Shown here: one piece after another, positions 12,627 through 26,241 of the stretch
Layout of the letters: each line of letters begins with the position of its first letter
Position numbering within the stretch: position 1 is the stretch's first letter
NCBI GenBank assembly: GCA_010093815.1
Contig: ML996570.1
Reading direction: 5' to 3' (one strand)
Source of the DNA: Pseudovirgaria hyperparasitica
Taxonomy: Eukaryota
Length of the DNA: 64,000 nucleotides
The notes under the pieces: model-generated
Seen by the model: the letters and a program-made list of their open reading frames with translations, nothing else
Database searches by the model: none
Told to the model about the DNA's origin: nothing
Program-made: the position numbers and the translations under genes

Positions 12627-13108
12627 TTTGTCTTAAGACTTGTACGCTCACACGACCTAACAGCGGTGGTTGTATAGGAGAATGCGTCGCTGTCAGTTCG
12701 AGTTATAGTGACGTTGAAGTGCAAGATATGCGTTATATACATCTAGGCCCGGACTTGCTGCTACACATCGGCCAAAGAGCATTCGGCGTCCTATTGGCGA
12801 ATTTAAATGAGTGTTATCAAGATCAAGATAGATAACAGTGGGGCAGGCGCGGCCGACTATCATAAACTGGGGCTTTAGTGGAGCCCGGAGAAAGAACAGG
12901 TCCGGGTTAAGAATGAATGGTATCTGAGATTTGTGCTGGTGTCGTAGTCTGCTATATCTCTGCATGAAAACTATCGTGATATAACTTCAATACGCGCCTC
13001 ACTGGGTATCAAGCGCCGAAGACTATATAGATCGTCATGACAATTGCGGGATTGATAGCATGATGTGACACCGTATAAGATCAGCCAAGCTGAAGTACAC
13101 TCCGATAT

Positions 13109-14231
13109 CTATCGCCAGAGTCCATATGGGCCTGTTGTAAACTTCCAGAGCTTAATGGTCCCGTCTTCGCTACCAGTTGCGTATAGTTTTCCGTCAGGAG
13201 AGAATCCGACAGACCACACAGGACCGTGATGGCCTTTGCCAGTTTCTAGTAACTTGTCAGTATTCCATATCGCAAAACTTCTGCGCATCATTACAACTCA
13301 CCGAGCTCTTTTTCTTCGTCAAAATCCCAGATACGCACCCACGTGTCTCCAGCGCCACCAGTAATGAACTTGCGCTGTCCGCTATGGAGCGCAACACTGG
13401 CAACATCTTGTGGCATTTTGACGCTCTTGATGAGCTGTGCAGGCTGTGCACCGTCGAAAAAGTATGCCGTTTTACCTGATGCTACGCTCAGAACTCCTGG
13501 GCCGCTATTGCCAGCGTCTGATGTAGGGTTATCCAACTCGCAGGTACCAACAACACCGTCAACCTGATATTCTCCGATTGTAGACCGACTGCGCAAGTCC
13601 CACCACCGGATTTTTTTGTCTTCGCAGGCCGTGATCAAGATATTAGGGTCGTTGCCCCAGACGATCGACTTGATAGTACCACCATGCACACCTAAGCCAA
13701 TTTCGTAGCTCGGAGTGGACGCAGCAGAAGACAATTCGTTGGCCGTGACGGGCGAAGAGGATGCGCTACGCGACAGATCAAAGATGCGCAACTTTTTCTC
13801 AACGCCCCCTGTCGCGAGGATTTGTGGTCGCGGCTGATTCGGAAAGGCCACTGCACGAACAACGTGGTTATGCTGCAGTGTATGAAGTGCCTCCCCGGTG
13901 CGCGTATCCCACACTCTTGCAGAAAAGTCAGCAGAGCCAGTCGCAGCAAGTGATGCGTCTGAGGACAGGCGTGCTTGCCACACGGCGCCCTTGTGGCCGA
14001 TGAAGGTGCCAATCCAGTCTCCAGTCATGCCATCCCTGAGCATAGGATTATTGTCCTTGCAAGCAGATATGATGTAGTACTGGTCATCATCGGTGACCGA
14101 AGAGAAGCTGAGATGCGGGACTGGGCGAGAGTGGCCGTGGCAGGTAAGAGGCACGAATTTGGTGCTTTCTGGTTGGTGTTAGTGTTGAGGAAAGCCACAG
14201 AGTAGGACAAGCTGGACTGACCGCTCGCCAT
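13109..14231 (-). CDS. WD40 protein, STRAP/UNRIP-like
   Basis: [12 protein letters not shown]...[26 protein letters not shown] and [30 protein letters not shown]. Introns 14169-14221 and 13246-13301. Confidence 0.92.
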
Positions 14232-17106
14232 ATTGCAATCGTAGACTAATTTGGTGGGGCAGGATTGTATGCGGAGCGAGATAGTCGTGCGCGTAGTATC
14301 CACTACTTCAATGCCAGGTACGTTGAACGAGCGTCTTTGGACCTCCTAAATGTGTCTAGGCACGTTTTAACATCGACTTAGCCTGTCAAAATGCTCTGTT
14401 CCCGAGTATATGTGCTAGTATGCGCTGTTGACAAGAGTGAAGAAAGTAGCTGTGGAGCAAGTCGTCTAAATTGAGCAATGAAATTCGTGAGTAGAGTTCG
14501 TAACGTCGTTAAAGTCGTAAGCGGAGCTGAGAATCATGGAAGAGGGCGGAGAGAAGGAGGCGAAGAATGTGGGTGTGATCTCCTTGCGCACAATACAAAG
14601 AGAGTGGAAAGACATTCAGAAGTCATGCTCCGGCGTTTCAACTTGTCCCGGCGCCAGCCGGAGAGGAAGTGCACGGCCCACCCAACTAGTCCGCCAAGCC
14701 GGACCCCTTTTTTAGAGAATCGCACCCATTCTCAAGGCATGTTTCCTGAACCGCGCATCGTTCTCTTGGCTTCCAGATATCATATAATGCATCTACATTG
14801 ATTATATGTACTATCATTTTCGAAGAGGAGCCCAAACCATATACGGACCAATAGGGACTATATGATATAGCCCCATTAGATCATGCGCTGTGTGCAACTA
14901 CACAAATCCGGCTGGCTATCATGCATGTGAGCTCCCTCGATGTCTGGCAGTGCTCGAAAAAATTTTGAGCATTTCGTCCTGCCCTCCCAGACTGTAATAG
15001 CCAGTTATCGTCCCCTCAGATGATGCAAAGTATTTCGTCTATATGTCAGGTCGCCCAGACACGCGTCTATGCTACAATGCCCCATCCGTGAGCAAAGTCA
15101 CACGCAGTATGTTCATTACAACGTGACCAACCTCCAGATATTATCTGACAATGCGAAGACTGCCTTGTCCAGTCACCATGATCTTTCAACGTGTTGGAGA
15201 CTCGGACAGATTTCTTACCAGAGGATATGAAAGAGTAGCTGCGGATTCAGGAACCCCCCAATACCGATAAGTCATATATATCGTCAAAATCCAAACAATG
15301 TATGGGTTGTGCCCACGATAGTCAATTGTTTTCTCACCGGTACTGCAGTCTATCTGAAAACCGTTCGTGCGTAGAAATGCAATGTAAAGATCATGCAACC
15401 ACTACTGATAGGCTGGAAACGCAAAGGTGCAAAATTAAAGGCTTCACCAGCAATATTTTCTGGTATTTCAGGCTGGAGACGTCTGATCGGTGCGGAGAGA
15501 AATTAGAGCGATATCTGGTGGGTGAGGCGTTGCTTTTGTCTGATCCCAAGACACAACAACACATGATCACTCTCGCACGTGCTCCACTGTGATGAGGGTA
15601 CGACCCATTTCTTATTCTAGGGTGCGCATTGACAAGCACGTATAACGCATCATTCTTTGCTGTTCAGGTGTAGTTGCATACCTAGATACATAATGTCTAG
15701 CACTTATCACCAAGAACTCGCTTTGAAATCTGAACGAAACCAGAACTGTTACGTTCGCTCAATGAGGGTTACAGGAAATGTTCGCAGAGCAAGTTAATCA
15801 GTACGTCACAGCCTTGGATTTGTTCTCGTCCAAGTATACTCTCACGAGCGACAGGACTTGGACCCTGTTGTTCGGGTAAGCAGCTGCAGATGAGCTCACG
15901 TTGTTCGCCTGAAAACAAACTAACGACACTACAGTTGCCCTTGTGCTATGAATCACAGCTCTTCGTGTAGAAATCAGGCCAAGACACAATCGCCTTCAAG
16001 CTGACTGGGAAAATCTTGTCCACTCATTACTGTACGCATTCTACAAGTACAATATCGATCACGATCACCTTGAGACCAAGAAATTTGGAATACAAGGCGT
16101 ACGATACACTAGTACTTGGGTACGAGAACTCGTCCAAAACCGCTGACCGCAGACCCATTACTTACATGAGTATGCCTTTATGGAATATCAGCTCCTTGCA
16201 GAGTAATGTATAGCTCTTACGGATGACGATTAACTGGGCTAGACATGGGGACAGATAATCCGTAAACCTGCAGACCAGGTCAAAAATCTGGCGAGGTGGG
16301 TCTCTCTATACAGGAGCTGACAAGTCTTTACCTGTCTAAGCCCGGCGAAGGCTCGTGCCCCTAAGACATGGATCAGCACCTGTAAATCAACTATGCACTG
16401 CGCATATTAGCAGAATTGTAGCTTTGCGGAGTAGTTTTTCAAGCAAATGTGTCCTATGACCGGGCTGTGTTAACGGGACAGACAGTGGGCGAGATTGAAG
16501 GACAGCTTCTGCGTAGTTGAAGGTATCTTGAATCTCGGTGTCTTGGTTCATTACGCGCCAGTCAGATCTACCATAGTCGGATATGAAGTATATGCGTATA
16601 ATGTATCGATAATATTGGTCATCATAATGAAATTGCAAGTTGGTATAGAAGAATATGTCGTCAATTTGGTCAAAGAAACACAATTTACGGTTCCAGCATC
16701 CCCAAGTAACTTCACATAGTCAGACGCTGGAACGAATGATGAAATCCAACCATGTATGTCTGCCTCAGTTTCGAAATTTCCCAAACGCAAAAACTATGAA
16801 TAGATTTGTAAGACATATACTTCATGAGACAAAATCCGGAAATGATGAACCGACAGGCGATATCATCGCGTATCACGGGGAATGAAACGTAGACTCTGGA
16901 TGTGTGGTTCGTAGGCCGTTCGTATATTCAAACAATCAAAGGAAAATATTTCTGTCTTGACGTTCAGGTAATGCAGCTTTGTCGCTAGAGTGTGGCTTGT
17001 AATTCGAAGTTTTCTGGCGTTGGTCAAATTTTGTTGAGATGCTATGATGCCGCATTTGTCGTCATCATATCTCATCTGCATCAGAAGATTTCCTGTTTCC
17101 CTAGTC

Positions 17107-18867
17107 TTATCTTGCTTCGTCCCCATATTGGGCGTAACCCTCTTCCTCTTCCTGTTCCTCTTCCTCTTCCTTTATTTTCTCTTTTTCTCTACGGCCAGCT
17201 GTTCCTCCTGCAATTATTCGCTCGGAAGGTAACTGGTCATTGCTAACATTCAATAGTGCGTGATTGAATTGCCAACGTAAGCTTGATAGCGAGCCATTAT
17301 CGTCGACCACGCGGCCAAAGTCGTAAACCTTGACATTTGTCTCGACAGTGTATATTTTTTGGAAATTGATACGCGACATTGGATCCAGTTTATTGTCCGC
17401 ATCTTTCACTTGTACGGCTATCGGGTGTCCCATTGGCTCCTCACCTGAGCCGTGAACGGGTATTTCCAAGGGGGTCGGAGCTGGGCAATCATCTCCCGTA
17501 TAGATGATGGCGTGATATTTCTTTACTTCACCCAGTTTTCCAACTCCCTGGCCACTATAGGTTGAGATCGGTCTATAGTATGAATAAGTCCTGTGATCTG
17601 TCCCAGACCGGTAGGGTCACATACAAGCACCAACAACTGCCTTCGTTTACATTTACGACTACGAAGTATCGTATCTTTGCGTAGACTTTCTGGCCATAAA
17701 CTTTCTGACTAACAAGGCTAACGCCTCCCTTACTCGAGTTTCCTTGCAGTTCTGGCCATAGAACTTTAAAGACCTGATGCTCATTAATGTGAAGCTGCGC
17801 AAGTGAGTGTCTGTTTACTTACTCGGCCAACTATGAAGTACTCTGGTTTTCTCCTCTTGAATTCTGCTTCCTTCAGTAAGGTATCGAGAAAGCGCGGTTT
17901 TCACATACGAGAAGCAATTCTCCGATCTTTATTCCCTATAGACCCTCTGGAATCCTTGACAATACGAGGGTGTCCAGCTTCTAGCTCGACAGCCACAGTT
18001 TCTCTGTTCGATATCAAGGGCATCGCCAAAGTATATTGCGCAGTAGCTTGTGGAGCACTATATGCACTGTACTGGGGATCATGTGGGGTTTGGGCCTGTG
18101 CACTGGGATACTGGGTCGGATACGATAGGCCACTTTGTGTATAAGGGTCATGAGGGGCACTTGATGTACGTGATAGCTGATAATTGGGAGTTTGATTCTG
18201 GTTCGATAATGCGTGCTGATATGAGTAGCCAGTGGTATAACTAGACTGAGATGACTGATAGGGATTGTGTGAGTAGGCGTTGCATTCACTCCCTGCTCCT
18301 GCGTGTGTGTGTCCTTCTTGATAATTTGATCCTCCAGGTCCGGGTGCAGGTTGATATGGGGAATACGTATAGATGGAACCACTACTAGGTGCCGGTGCAT
18401 GGTGATAACCATGGTCCTGGTGAGCTATATACCGGTGGAATGTTAGCCACACGACGTATGCTTAAAGGTCGCAAGTGCGACCTCTAGTGAATCTCGACTT
18501 GGCAGACTAACATGCAGAGAGGGATAAGCTTTGGATTGCCTCGTCTAAAGTATTGGCAAAGCCGTAGTTCGCAGAAGCCTGGCTGTTCAGACTTCCTGTT
18601 CTTGTGTGTTGCGGTTGTACGTGAAACGCGAGCGACTCTCGTGGTACAGAGAGGTCTTCGCCGCGACCGGGCCTATATATCTAAGTGTCAGATGAATTAT
18701 AGAACATGAAATCGGATAGCTACGTACACGCTCAAGTGGGTGCTCGCAGTATCTGCGGGTGATTGCCACTCTGACTGATAGATACGGCGCCCATTCATGC
18801 TGATGTACCACTCCTGTTTCTGGGCGTCCAATTTCCAGGGCGATGGCGATGCCATTGCTGGGTCCAT
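17107..18867 (-). CDS. DUF6590-like domain protein (paralog A), 6 exons, with Y/Q/P/S-rich linker and acidic tail
   Basis: Introns 18673-18727, 18425-18511, 17864-17908, 17774-17822 and 17573-17624 give one open frame: MDPAMASPSPWKLDAQKQEWY...FIVGR|VFKVLWPE...KIRYFVVV...CWCL|PISTYSGQGVGK...HAIIYTG...LDPMSRINFQKIYTVETNVKVYDFG. The 5' exons are less certain. Confidence 0.8.
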
Positions 18868-19721
18868 GAAGCCGTCAGGCTGATGACTTACGACTACATG
18901 CTAATGAGACGAGCACTTATAAATTTGGGTCTAAGCAGATTCGAAAGACAAACGCAGAGCCGCATTACCCCCTCCTAATTACGACGGCGCACTAGGAATA
19001 TGCACGCTATCTATATCGCATTGCGAACTCACTCGCCATGTGACGATGCTGAGGGTCTATTCGCCCATGTGAGCGTTCCACACTCACACAGCATATGAAC
19101 CATAGTAATGTGGAACATATAGGGCTCCTATAGGCCGCCAGAAACTTTCGAGGCTTTAGGATACCAAGGCAACGGCACGGTAGCTGGCTGCTGGCACCAC
19201 CCGACTACCCTTGACCTATTCGCGTATGAGTAGCTTGTTCTGGGCCACCTTCAGCCCAGTAAGCGAGGATGAGAAGAGGCGGGATGCTTGTGGATGATTG
19301 TTGGATGGGCGTAAAGGCAAATTAGAGACAGGGAAACAAGAGAGTGTGTGGTGAGGCACGGGAATGTTGCACCTTGTGCAAGTCCGGGCTGAGAGGGCCT
19401 AACCTCATTCGGCTGTAAGCGACGTCTTCGTGCTTTCAACCTGAGACCCGAGGACCAACAGCACGCATGCCCCGGTCACCATCGTTGCATTCCTGGTCGC
19501 GGGAATTTTGCTGCCTTGTTGTCCTCCTACACCAGGTATGAACGTCGGACATTCTGTACTGCACTTGTACCCCGTTCTTGATTCTTGAGACTCCATAGTC
19601 CGCCAGTGCACCAGGCTGATGAGCTATCGAAGCTGGTACATTATAAGAGCTTAGTGTGATGTTCATGAACGATAGCCCCTTTCAATCTTTTAGTACTGGA
19701 TCGCTTCATTTCATTTCATAG

Positions 19722-21101
19722 ATGTCGAGCAACAATGCTGCGTTGAGATCACCGTCACCACCTCTGACTCTCAGCCGGACACCGTCATTATTGCTTCCAA
19801 ATCTTCAAGCACTACCAGTAGACCAGTCGGAATCAGAACTATACCAACATGGCACGCCGCCGCCTCCACCACCACCACCATTATTCTTCCTATCGCCTAA
19901 AGGTAGCGAATCCGTGCAATGGTATCCTGCTCCAGCATATGGAGTCCACCCACCTTCCCATGCCGTCTGGTCGCATAGATCTGGTCCATCCAAATCTGCT
20001 GAGAGTCCCACCGCTGGTAAAATTGCCAAAATCTTAATCCAATGGGACGAGGTCAAACTTCTTCGCGAAGAGGTCCTCAAAGAACGTGTTCGCGAAGGAC
20101 AATATTTAGAGTCGATGGCACGCTTGCGCCGGCATGCACAGGATGCTAGAGCCGATTTGATGAAAATGTTAAATGCAGCAGCAGCTCAGGGCAATTTTGA
20201 GGCCTGTTCAAAGGCATTGAAAGAAGTCTCGGAAAGAGTGATGCGCGCCGAGGAAGCTCTCAATCTGCTAGAACAGGAACGGGCAGAGTTTAGCAAGATC
20301 AATTTTGGACTGCATGATAGGCTATATGAGAAAGACATGGTCTTGCAGAATTATCTGGATTCTATGCATCGCGACCAGTCCTCAGTTCCGGTACCCCACT
20401 CCGACGATTCTACAGCTTTTTCCAGCGAATCCGGATTCGTCATGCCAACTGAGAGCCTTCTTGTCCAGCTTTATGAATGTACCGCAGAATACAAGGTGAT
20501 CAAAGCACGCATCGATCAACTACGCGACGACCACGAGGTCAATCTCGAATTTAGAAGAAGGCATGAGACGGCTGGTCAAATGCTCCAGATCTCAGATGGC
20601 GCGTTCTTCGATGAGTTCTTTACTAAGTACTCTACCTTGCGGAGAGAGCTTCACAGATTATGGAAGAAAATTCGTCGGATTCAAAGTCTGTGTGATCAAA
20701 AAGCATTTGTCTCTTTGGCTGAGAGCGTGAGCGAGTTATCTGCGGCTACGTCCTCTGTGCCATCAGATGATGGAGAAATAGTACTCGCGGACGACCTTAT
20801 AGATGAGAAAAGGCAGGTCGAGGAACAATATCCTGGGCTCTTTCTAAAACCCGGAGACAAAATACTGTCAAATTTTCGGGGCAAAACGGACCGAATCAAT
20901 CGATGGTTGATGCATGTTTTCCGGTTGTCCAGTATCGAAATATGGAGACATCGTTCGAGAACAAGCTTACCAGACCTGCCCTTAGAGACTGATGAAGCAT
21001 GGTCTTCGAAGGTTTGGAGTACATGGTCCATTGCAAACTCTAGCGCGGAATCTATCGCCTCCGTGACAACGCAGATGTCGGAAAGTATTGTAAGTATCTA
21101 A
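19722..21101 (+). CDS. Intronless coiled-coil hypothetical protein (459 aa)
   Basis: Long uninterrupted ORF with a polyproline N-terminus, two heptad-rich segments and a C-terminal KTDRINRWLMHVF motif. Confidence 0.8.
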   Translation: MSSNNAALRSPSPPLTLSRTPSLLLPNLQALPVDQSESELYQHGTPPPPPPPPLFFLSPKGSESVQWYPAPAYGVHPPSHAVWSHRSGPSKSAESPTAGKIAKILIQWDEVKLLREEVLKERVREGQYLESMARLRRHAQDARADLMKMLNAAAAQGNFEACSKALKEVSERVMRAEEALNLLEQERAEFSKINFGLHDRLYEKDMVLQNYLDSMHRDQSSVPVPHSDDSTAFSSESGFVMPTESLLVQLYECTAEYKVIKARIDQLRDDHEVNLEFRRRHETAGQMLQISDGAFFDEFFTKYSTLRRELHRLWKKIRRIQSLCDQKAFVSLAESVSELSAATSSVPSDDGEIVLADDLIDEKRQVEEQYPGLFLKPGDKILSNFRGKTDRINRWLMHVFRLSSIEIWRHRSRTSLPDLPLETDEAWSSKVWSTWSIANSSAESIASVTTQMSESIVSI

Positions 21102-24100
21102 AGATGGAGTCAATCTTGAGCTGCCTTTTCTTAGACAAGACCGCATGCGAGTATCAGTTCCCTTCGCATTCCTTTACTTTGGGTCATCTTCTATTTGGCC
21201 AAGTCATGTATGAGTGGCATTCCTACTTTGTTCGAGCGAGTATACCAGTCTTTCTATTAGTATATCTTTTACTGCATGCTTATTTCTGGTGTTCAAACAA
21301 TGTGTGGTCGGTGGAACTGTATTATATAGACGAATTGTAACGAAAGGTCATAAGGCATAACCGATTCCGATCCATTCAACCACATATAAACAGCTAATTA
21401 TCGTCACCTTCCATACGCTCAGTTTCTTCGAAGTATAATTAATCACTCATAACGACAACGACGATGGCGGTCCATTCGATGGTCTGATAGGCTACCATAA
21501 GTCAACAAGTAAACTGAACTCTCGAAGTTGATTGGTCTGCTGATCAAGAAAGCAACAAAGACCGTGGGGGTCCATTTCTTACTGAGCGGTCTCCGCAAAT
21601 CCAATGATGAAGCCGTAGCGAAGTTGTGCCAAGTAATACGACCAGTCACAAGGCTATACAGTCATTCGCAATCTTGAGTCAGAGAGGGTATCCTGGCGCA
21701 GCCCTCCTATCAGATCCTGTGACTAGAAAGCCGGAGTGTAATGGAGGTGTGGGGGTCTGAACGAGCATATGCTAGGTGACCACTGACCAGCTTTTGTATG
21801 CCTTTACTTGTGCAAGGACTACGCGGTTCTCCAGACATCGGTGACCCCTCAAGCGCCTTACTATGCTGCCCGAGGATAAAGCAAAACACGAATCCTCCGG
21901 ATGATGATCTCCTTGGAGTCAAGCCATTGCCATCGGGCAGCATCGAGGGAAATGGGTCGAATTATGCACACGTACGGCACAGGCAGGGCGGCCTGCCATG
22001 TCTGCTAACCTTATCTGTCGCAGTGGTCGTTCTACATATTGATAGGCGCGATCCATGACCTTTTTCGCTATGCCTGCAACACCAATTCCGCATAGTCAAA
22101 GGTATACAATAACCGCGGGCAACGCAGGAGAATGCAGAAGCTCTACACATTTCCACTCAGGTGTTGCGATATGCTTTAGTGGCGCCATGTCAGCGAGCGG
22201 ATATAAAGCGCGGATGCGGTAAAGTCGGCAGAAAGCAGCAGGCTATACGTGTACAAATGCCTACGGCTTAGACGCGCCGGTGTGCAATATGTAGGGATGC
22301 TGCAAGGCATTGAACTGTGCACGGCATAATGGCATGATGTGAGGCGTCCTGTATGCGTATATTGATGGTTCTATGGGCTATGGGAAAGTGTATGAAATGG
22401 GAACCTGATGCCTGTTGTCGACAAGGATTTGATGACCTTGGTCCTTGGCTTTCTTCACGCTACTGCACCACCGGCACCGGCGGGTAGGAACGGCCCTATT
22501 TCCAACGACGGGAAGCGGGAAAATATTCTGCGAGTCAGCTACCATGCCGGGATTAAGAGAAGCTAGCTACACAGTCACCTAGTCTGACTATTCGACTGGA
22601 GGACTAATACTGGTAGCAAGAGTAGATCTACCAGACTCCGATTTCCTAGTATGCAAGCAATCAAATCATAGCCCAAAGTGCCTTTGATACAACCTACTTC
22701 CTTTCTATCCAATCTTGACATTCATTCAGGGGACCAACTGATCCCACCATGCTTGAAACGTGGGCCCACTCATCTTCGATGGACGGCAGCGCAAGTGGCT
22801 TTCGGAGAAGCCTGGGGACGTGCGGCATCTCCCGTGAAGAAACTATTATAGAAGTGTCTGCATTCTTGTATGGTACGATCAAAATGGCACGATCAGCATG
22901 GTCCGCCGTCGGTAGTGGCGGATAGGGATGGTGAACCATGGTTCTGGCATGATAGGCTGGCGCTAAAGGCAACCTCACTGCATATTTGCATGCAAGGCTG
23001 GTCTTTTAAGTGATGTCCGCAATGTCTTGAGAGAGCATAATGCGAATTGAGATGGTCATTTGATCGACTCTACTGAGCACAACGAACTGAATAATGATCC
23101 TCATGGTAGACTCGCCATCATGTCATTAACGCTATTCATGTCCTGGCCTGGATAGCACGGAATGACACTTTCATGCAACCTTGCCATATGTAGTTGTGTT
23201 ATTGAACTGGCACGTAATGTAGAATGGGTCAGTCCGCGGTAAACACATTACACTTCAATTCCAGCAATAGTTCCGAGGCGTGTATGGAGGAACACCTAGC
23301 ATATCAGATCGAGGAAGGCCTAGCATGACTGCCTCCCCCCTTTATTTGTTATCATACTATGTCCATTCGCAATTGCATATTTGTAGTATCTATCATAGGC
23401 CATTCTTGTATAAATAGCCCTACCATAGGTTGCAAATTCACGCGGTCGATCGTGCGTAAATTTATGGTGAGCTAGGATTTTTCTATAGTCGCATGCGGGT
23501 TGACAGTTGAATGTACGCAATGCTCATATAAGTTCCCTTGATTCCTAAACCAACTGAGCGGAGACTTGTGAGAGCACTCGTCAATAGTAATTCGAATATG
23601 AACACTCGGCGGTACAGATTTCTATACTTCATGGACATATGGCTAACCAGGTTCGAGCCTCTCCCTTCAACAAAATATGCAGCAACACAGTCTACCTCAA
23701 CTGGCGCCACATGCGATTAGCTTTCGGGAGGTCATGGTATGTTGTTGACAGAAATGATCCACTCTGCATGCTCTTGTCAGCCGAGACTGCGTCGACTACG
23801 TCCCTTCACGTTCTGGAATCCAGTTCTTGGTGTACACATCATTCAGATCTCTTCCAGTGTTTCTCAGTGACTTCTGCGTTATAATTTCGTAGTGGATAGC
23901 GGCGCATAACAGCAGAATCGTTGGAAAATGGCGAGCTGAACACGGCGTCATAATCAAGGCATGTTGTCTCTCGTATGGTCTCTCTGGCGGCGCAGATACC
24001 GAGTCTTGAGCACTACACGGTGTAGCAAGGGGCAAGAGACTTGACAAAGTCTTGGGAATCGGGAGGCTAGCCTAAAAGAAGTCAGTTGTATGTAGAATCG

Positions 24101-26241
24101 GTCAACCCAAACTATGGGAATTGATTATAAGAGATGTGGCAGCACTGTAACTACCAAGGAATATGTCGAACGGTAAAAGGAACTCTCTAGCGGATGGTCT
24201 CTTTGTCTGTACATTACAATTGCTGACTGGCCTGACCGAGCTTTATGCAGCATAATTTCACATCTTGCACATTGTGGTGGGCCCCTCAAACCCAATCAAC
24301 ATCGACATAATTAACATCAGCCAATACGCATCCTCCATTCAATACAGCTCTAAACACACATATACCGTAAGCAGAGAGCGAGGATAGCCCAGTCTCGATG
24401 GCGATCATGATGTCGTTGAGCATCGTCACGGGGCTATGCATGCACATGCATCCTTCTATGAGGCACTGAGTACCACTATATCCGTCATAGTAGCCACTGG
24501 ACTCACACTCAGGCTTTTCCCTTTACCAACAGGCTTATGTTAGGGGCTCGGCACGCCCGTATTCAATTTTGATTCCCTATTTCGATGTTCTATTGACCCA
24601 TGGCTCACCAGGGCTAAAGCGCACTTGTTGCAGTATCTACATAATGGGATTCTGCAATATGGATGTCAGAACCGACCCAGTTCTAAGAGAGACGTTTCTG
24701 TTCGTGACGTGGCAGGGCGAGCAAAGGATATCGGGCGGGCCGGTCCTTATGCGACCCCTCTAGCACAAGTATCGCTGGTTCACGCTGTGACTTTCATGCA
24801 TGCACAAAGGGGCTGTCATGTCAATGTTTGTTTCACCCCACTTGTTAAATGATTAGGTGCATCGAGTCAAAGGTGAAATCGTTGATTCTCGCAAATCCTG
24901 ATGTTGTAAGCGTCTAGCAGCTTCGAACTTGTCGAAGAAGGCTTGAAGCCATAGCATTCCTGAAATTGATTGATGCAATAGCTACCAACATGCAGAGCGA
25001 TATGCCCGAAAGCTAGCACGGTTATAGCAGCGTCCTTAGGCCAACTGAAACAAAGCCAATGTGGCGCTCTCGCGTGTCTAGATTTGGCATTCTATCTGGC
25101 TAAGTCGACGTGCTTTCTTTTGCGTAAACCTGCCGTATGCTACTCGATGCAATGCTATAGTTCCCTACGTGTATGCGCCAAGCACCATGCCACTAATGCC
25201 AGTCGCACTGGATATGGACTTCGGTTTGAATCCCGAAGCGTATGCCATAAACGTAACTCGTCACATTCGCCCGGCATACGGTGTCTAGAGATAGCCGTGT
25301 CCGATTCTGCACCTCAATAGATGATCGCAACTCTCGAGCCCATATCCCCCTTGTGAGCTATATCTTGTTCGCCAGTGTTCTGGTGTGGATTCTGTAGCTC
25401 TGACTGCTCGGCAAACCCCTGATATGTAACTGTTTTCACTATTCTCTCAGCGATTGGTAATTGAACTGGATATTGAAGGCCCTAAAAGTGGCGGTTATAT
25501 TTCGAAATCTGAACGTCCTATCAGGCAACAGGCAGTGCTATTGTGAGCTGTGGAGATGCTTTGTAGAGGAGCTATTTCTGATCCTATGAGCCTTGGGGCT
25601 TTTGCCAAAAGGGACTTTGTATAGCTAGACCATCAAGCAGAGACTGTAGATAGGAGGCGATACTTGCTGTACGAGGCCGAAATTGCCAATGCCGTTCCTC
25701 GTATATACAGTGGGCGTATTGGGCATTGTTCGAAACAATTTGCATGCTAAACTAGTGATAGGACAGTCTTGGGTATGTCTTACTTTCGGTAGGTCCAGAT
25801 GACTTGCAGATAGCGTAACATCGTGGAATGATTTTACAAAAGAAGGGCGGTGGACCAGAAGTCAGATTGGAGTTTTCACAGACTACACCTGCAAGGTAAC
25901 ACAACGCATGGCTCAGGGACTCCATTTGATGTCTATCATCTGTCAGAAATACCAATGCAGGCAGTTCTCATAGAGCCTTTCGATGGCATTCCAATCACCT
26001 AGCTGCAGCAAGATGGGGGCATGGATACGATGCGGGCGAGCCGAGCTCAGCCATTCAGGCGGGTTTTCAGCGCTTCAACAGTGAAAACGCGCCAGTGCAA
26101 AAACCTTGCCATAGTGTACTTACCGCTGCAGACTTAAGGCGCCTACTGTTCCATTATTCATGAGACGTTGCTTACTTATAAGGTGCGAATATCCAGGCCT
26201 TTACCTCACCTGTATGATGTAGAGAGCCTTACCAACAAACG

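Noticed and set aside
16387..17126. Protein-like minus-strand ORF pieces downstream of DUF6590-like paralog A
   Set aside because: The fragments lie in different frames, and I could find no coherent splice model or recognisable motif. A pseudogene is possible but unsupported.
25752..25955. Argonaute PIWI-like peptide as a gene call
   Set aside because: Only a few matching residues and no flanking PIWI motifs in frame; kept only as a hint in the findings.
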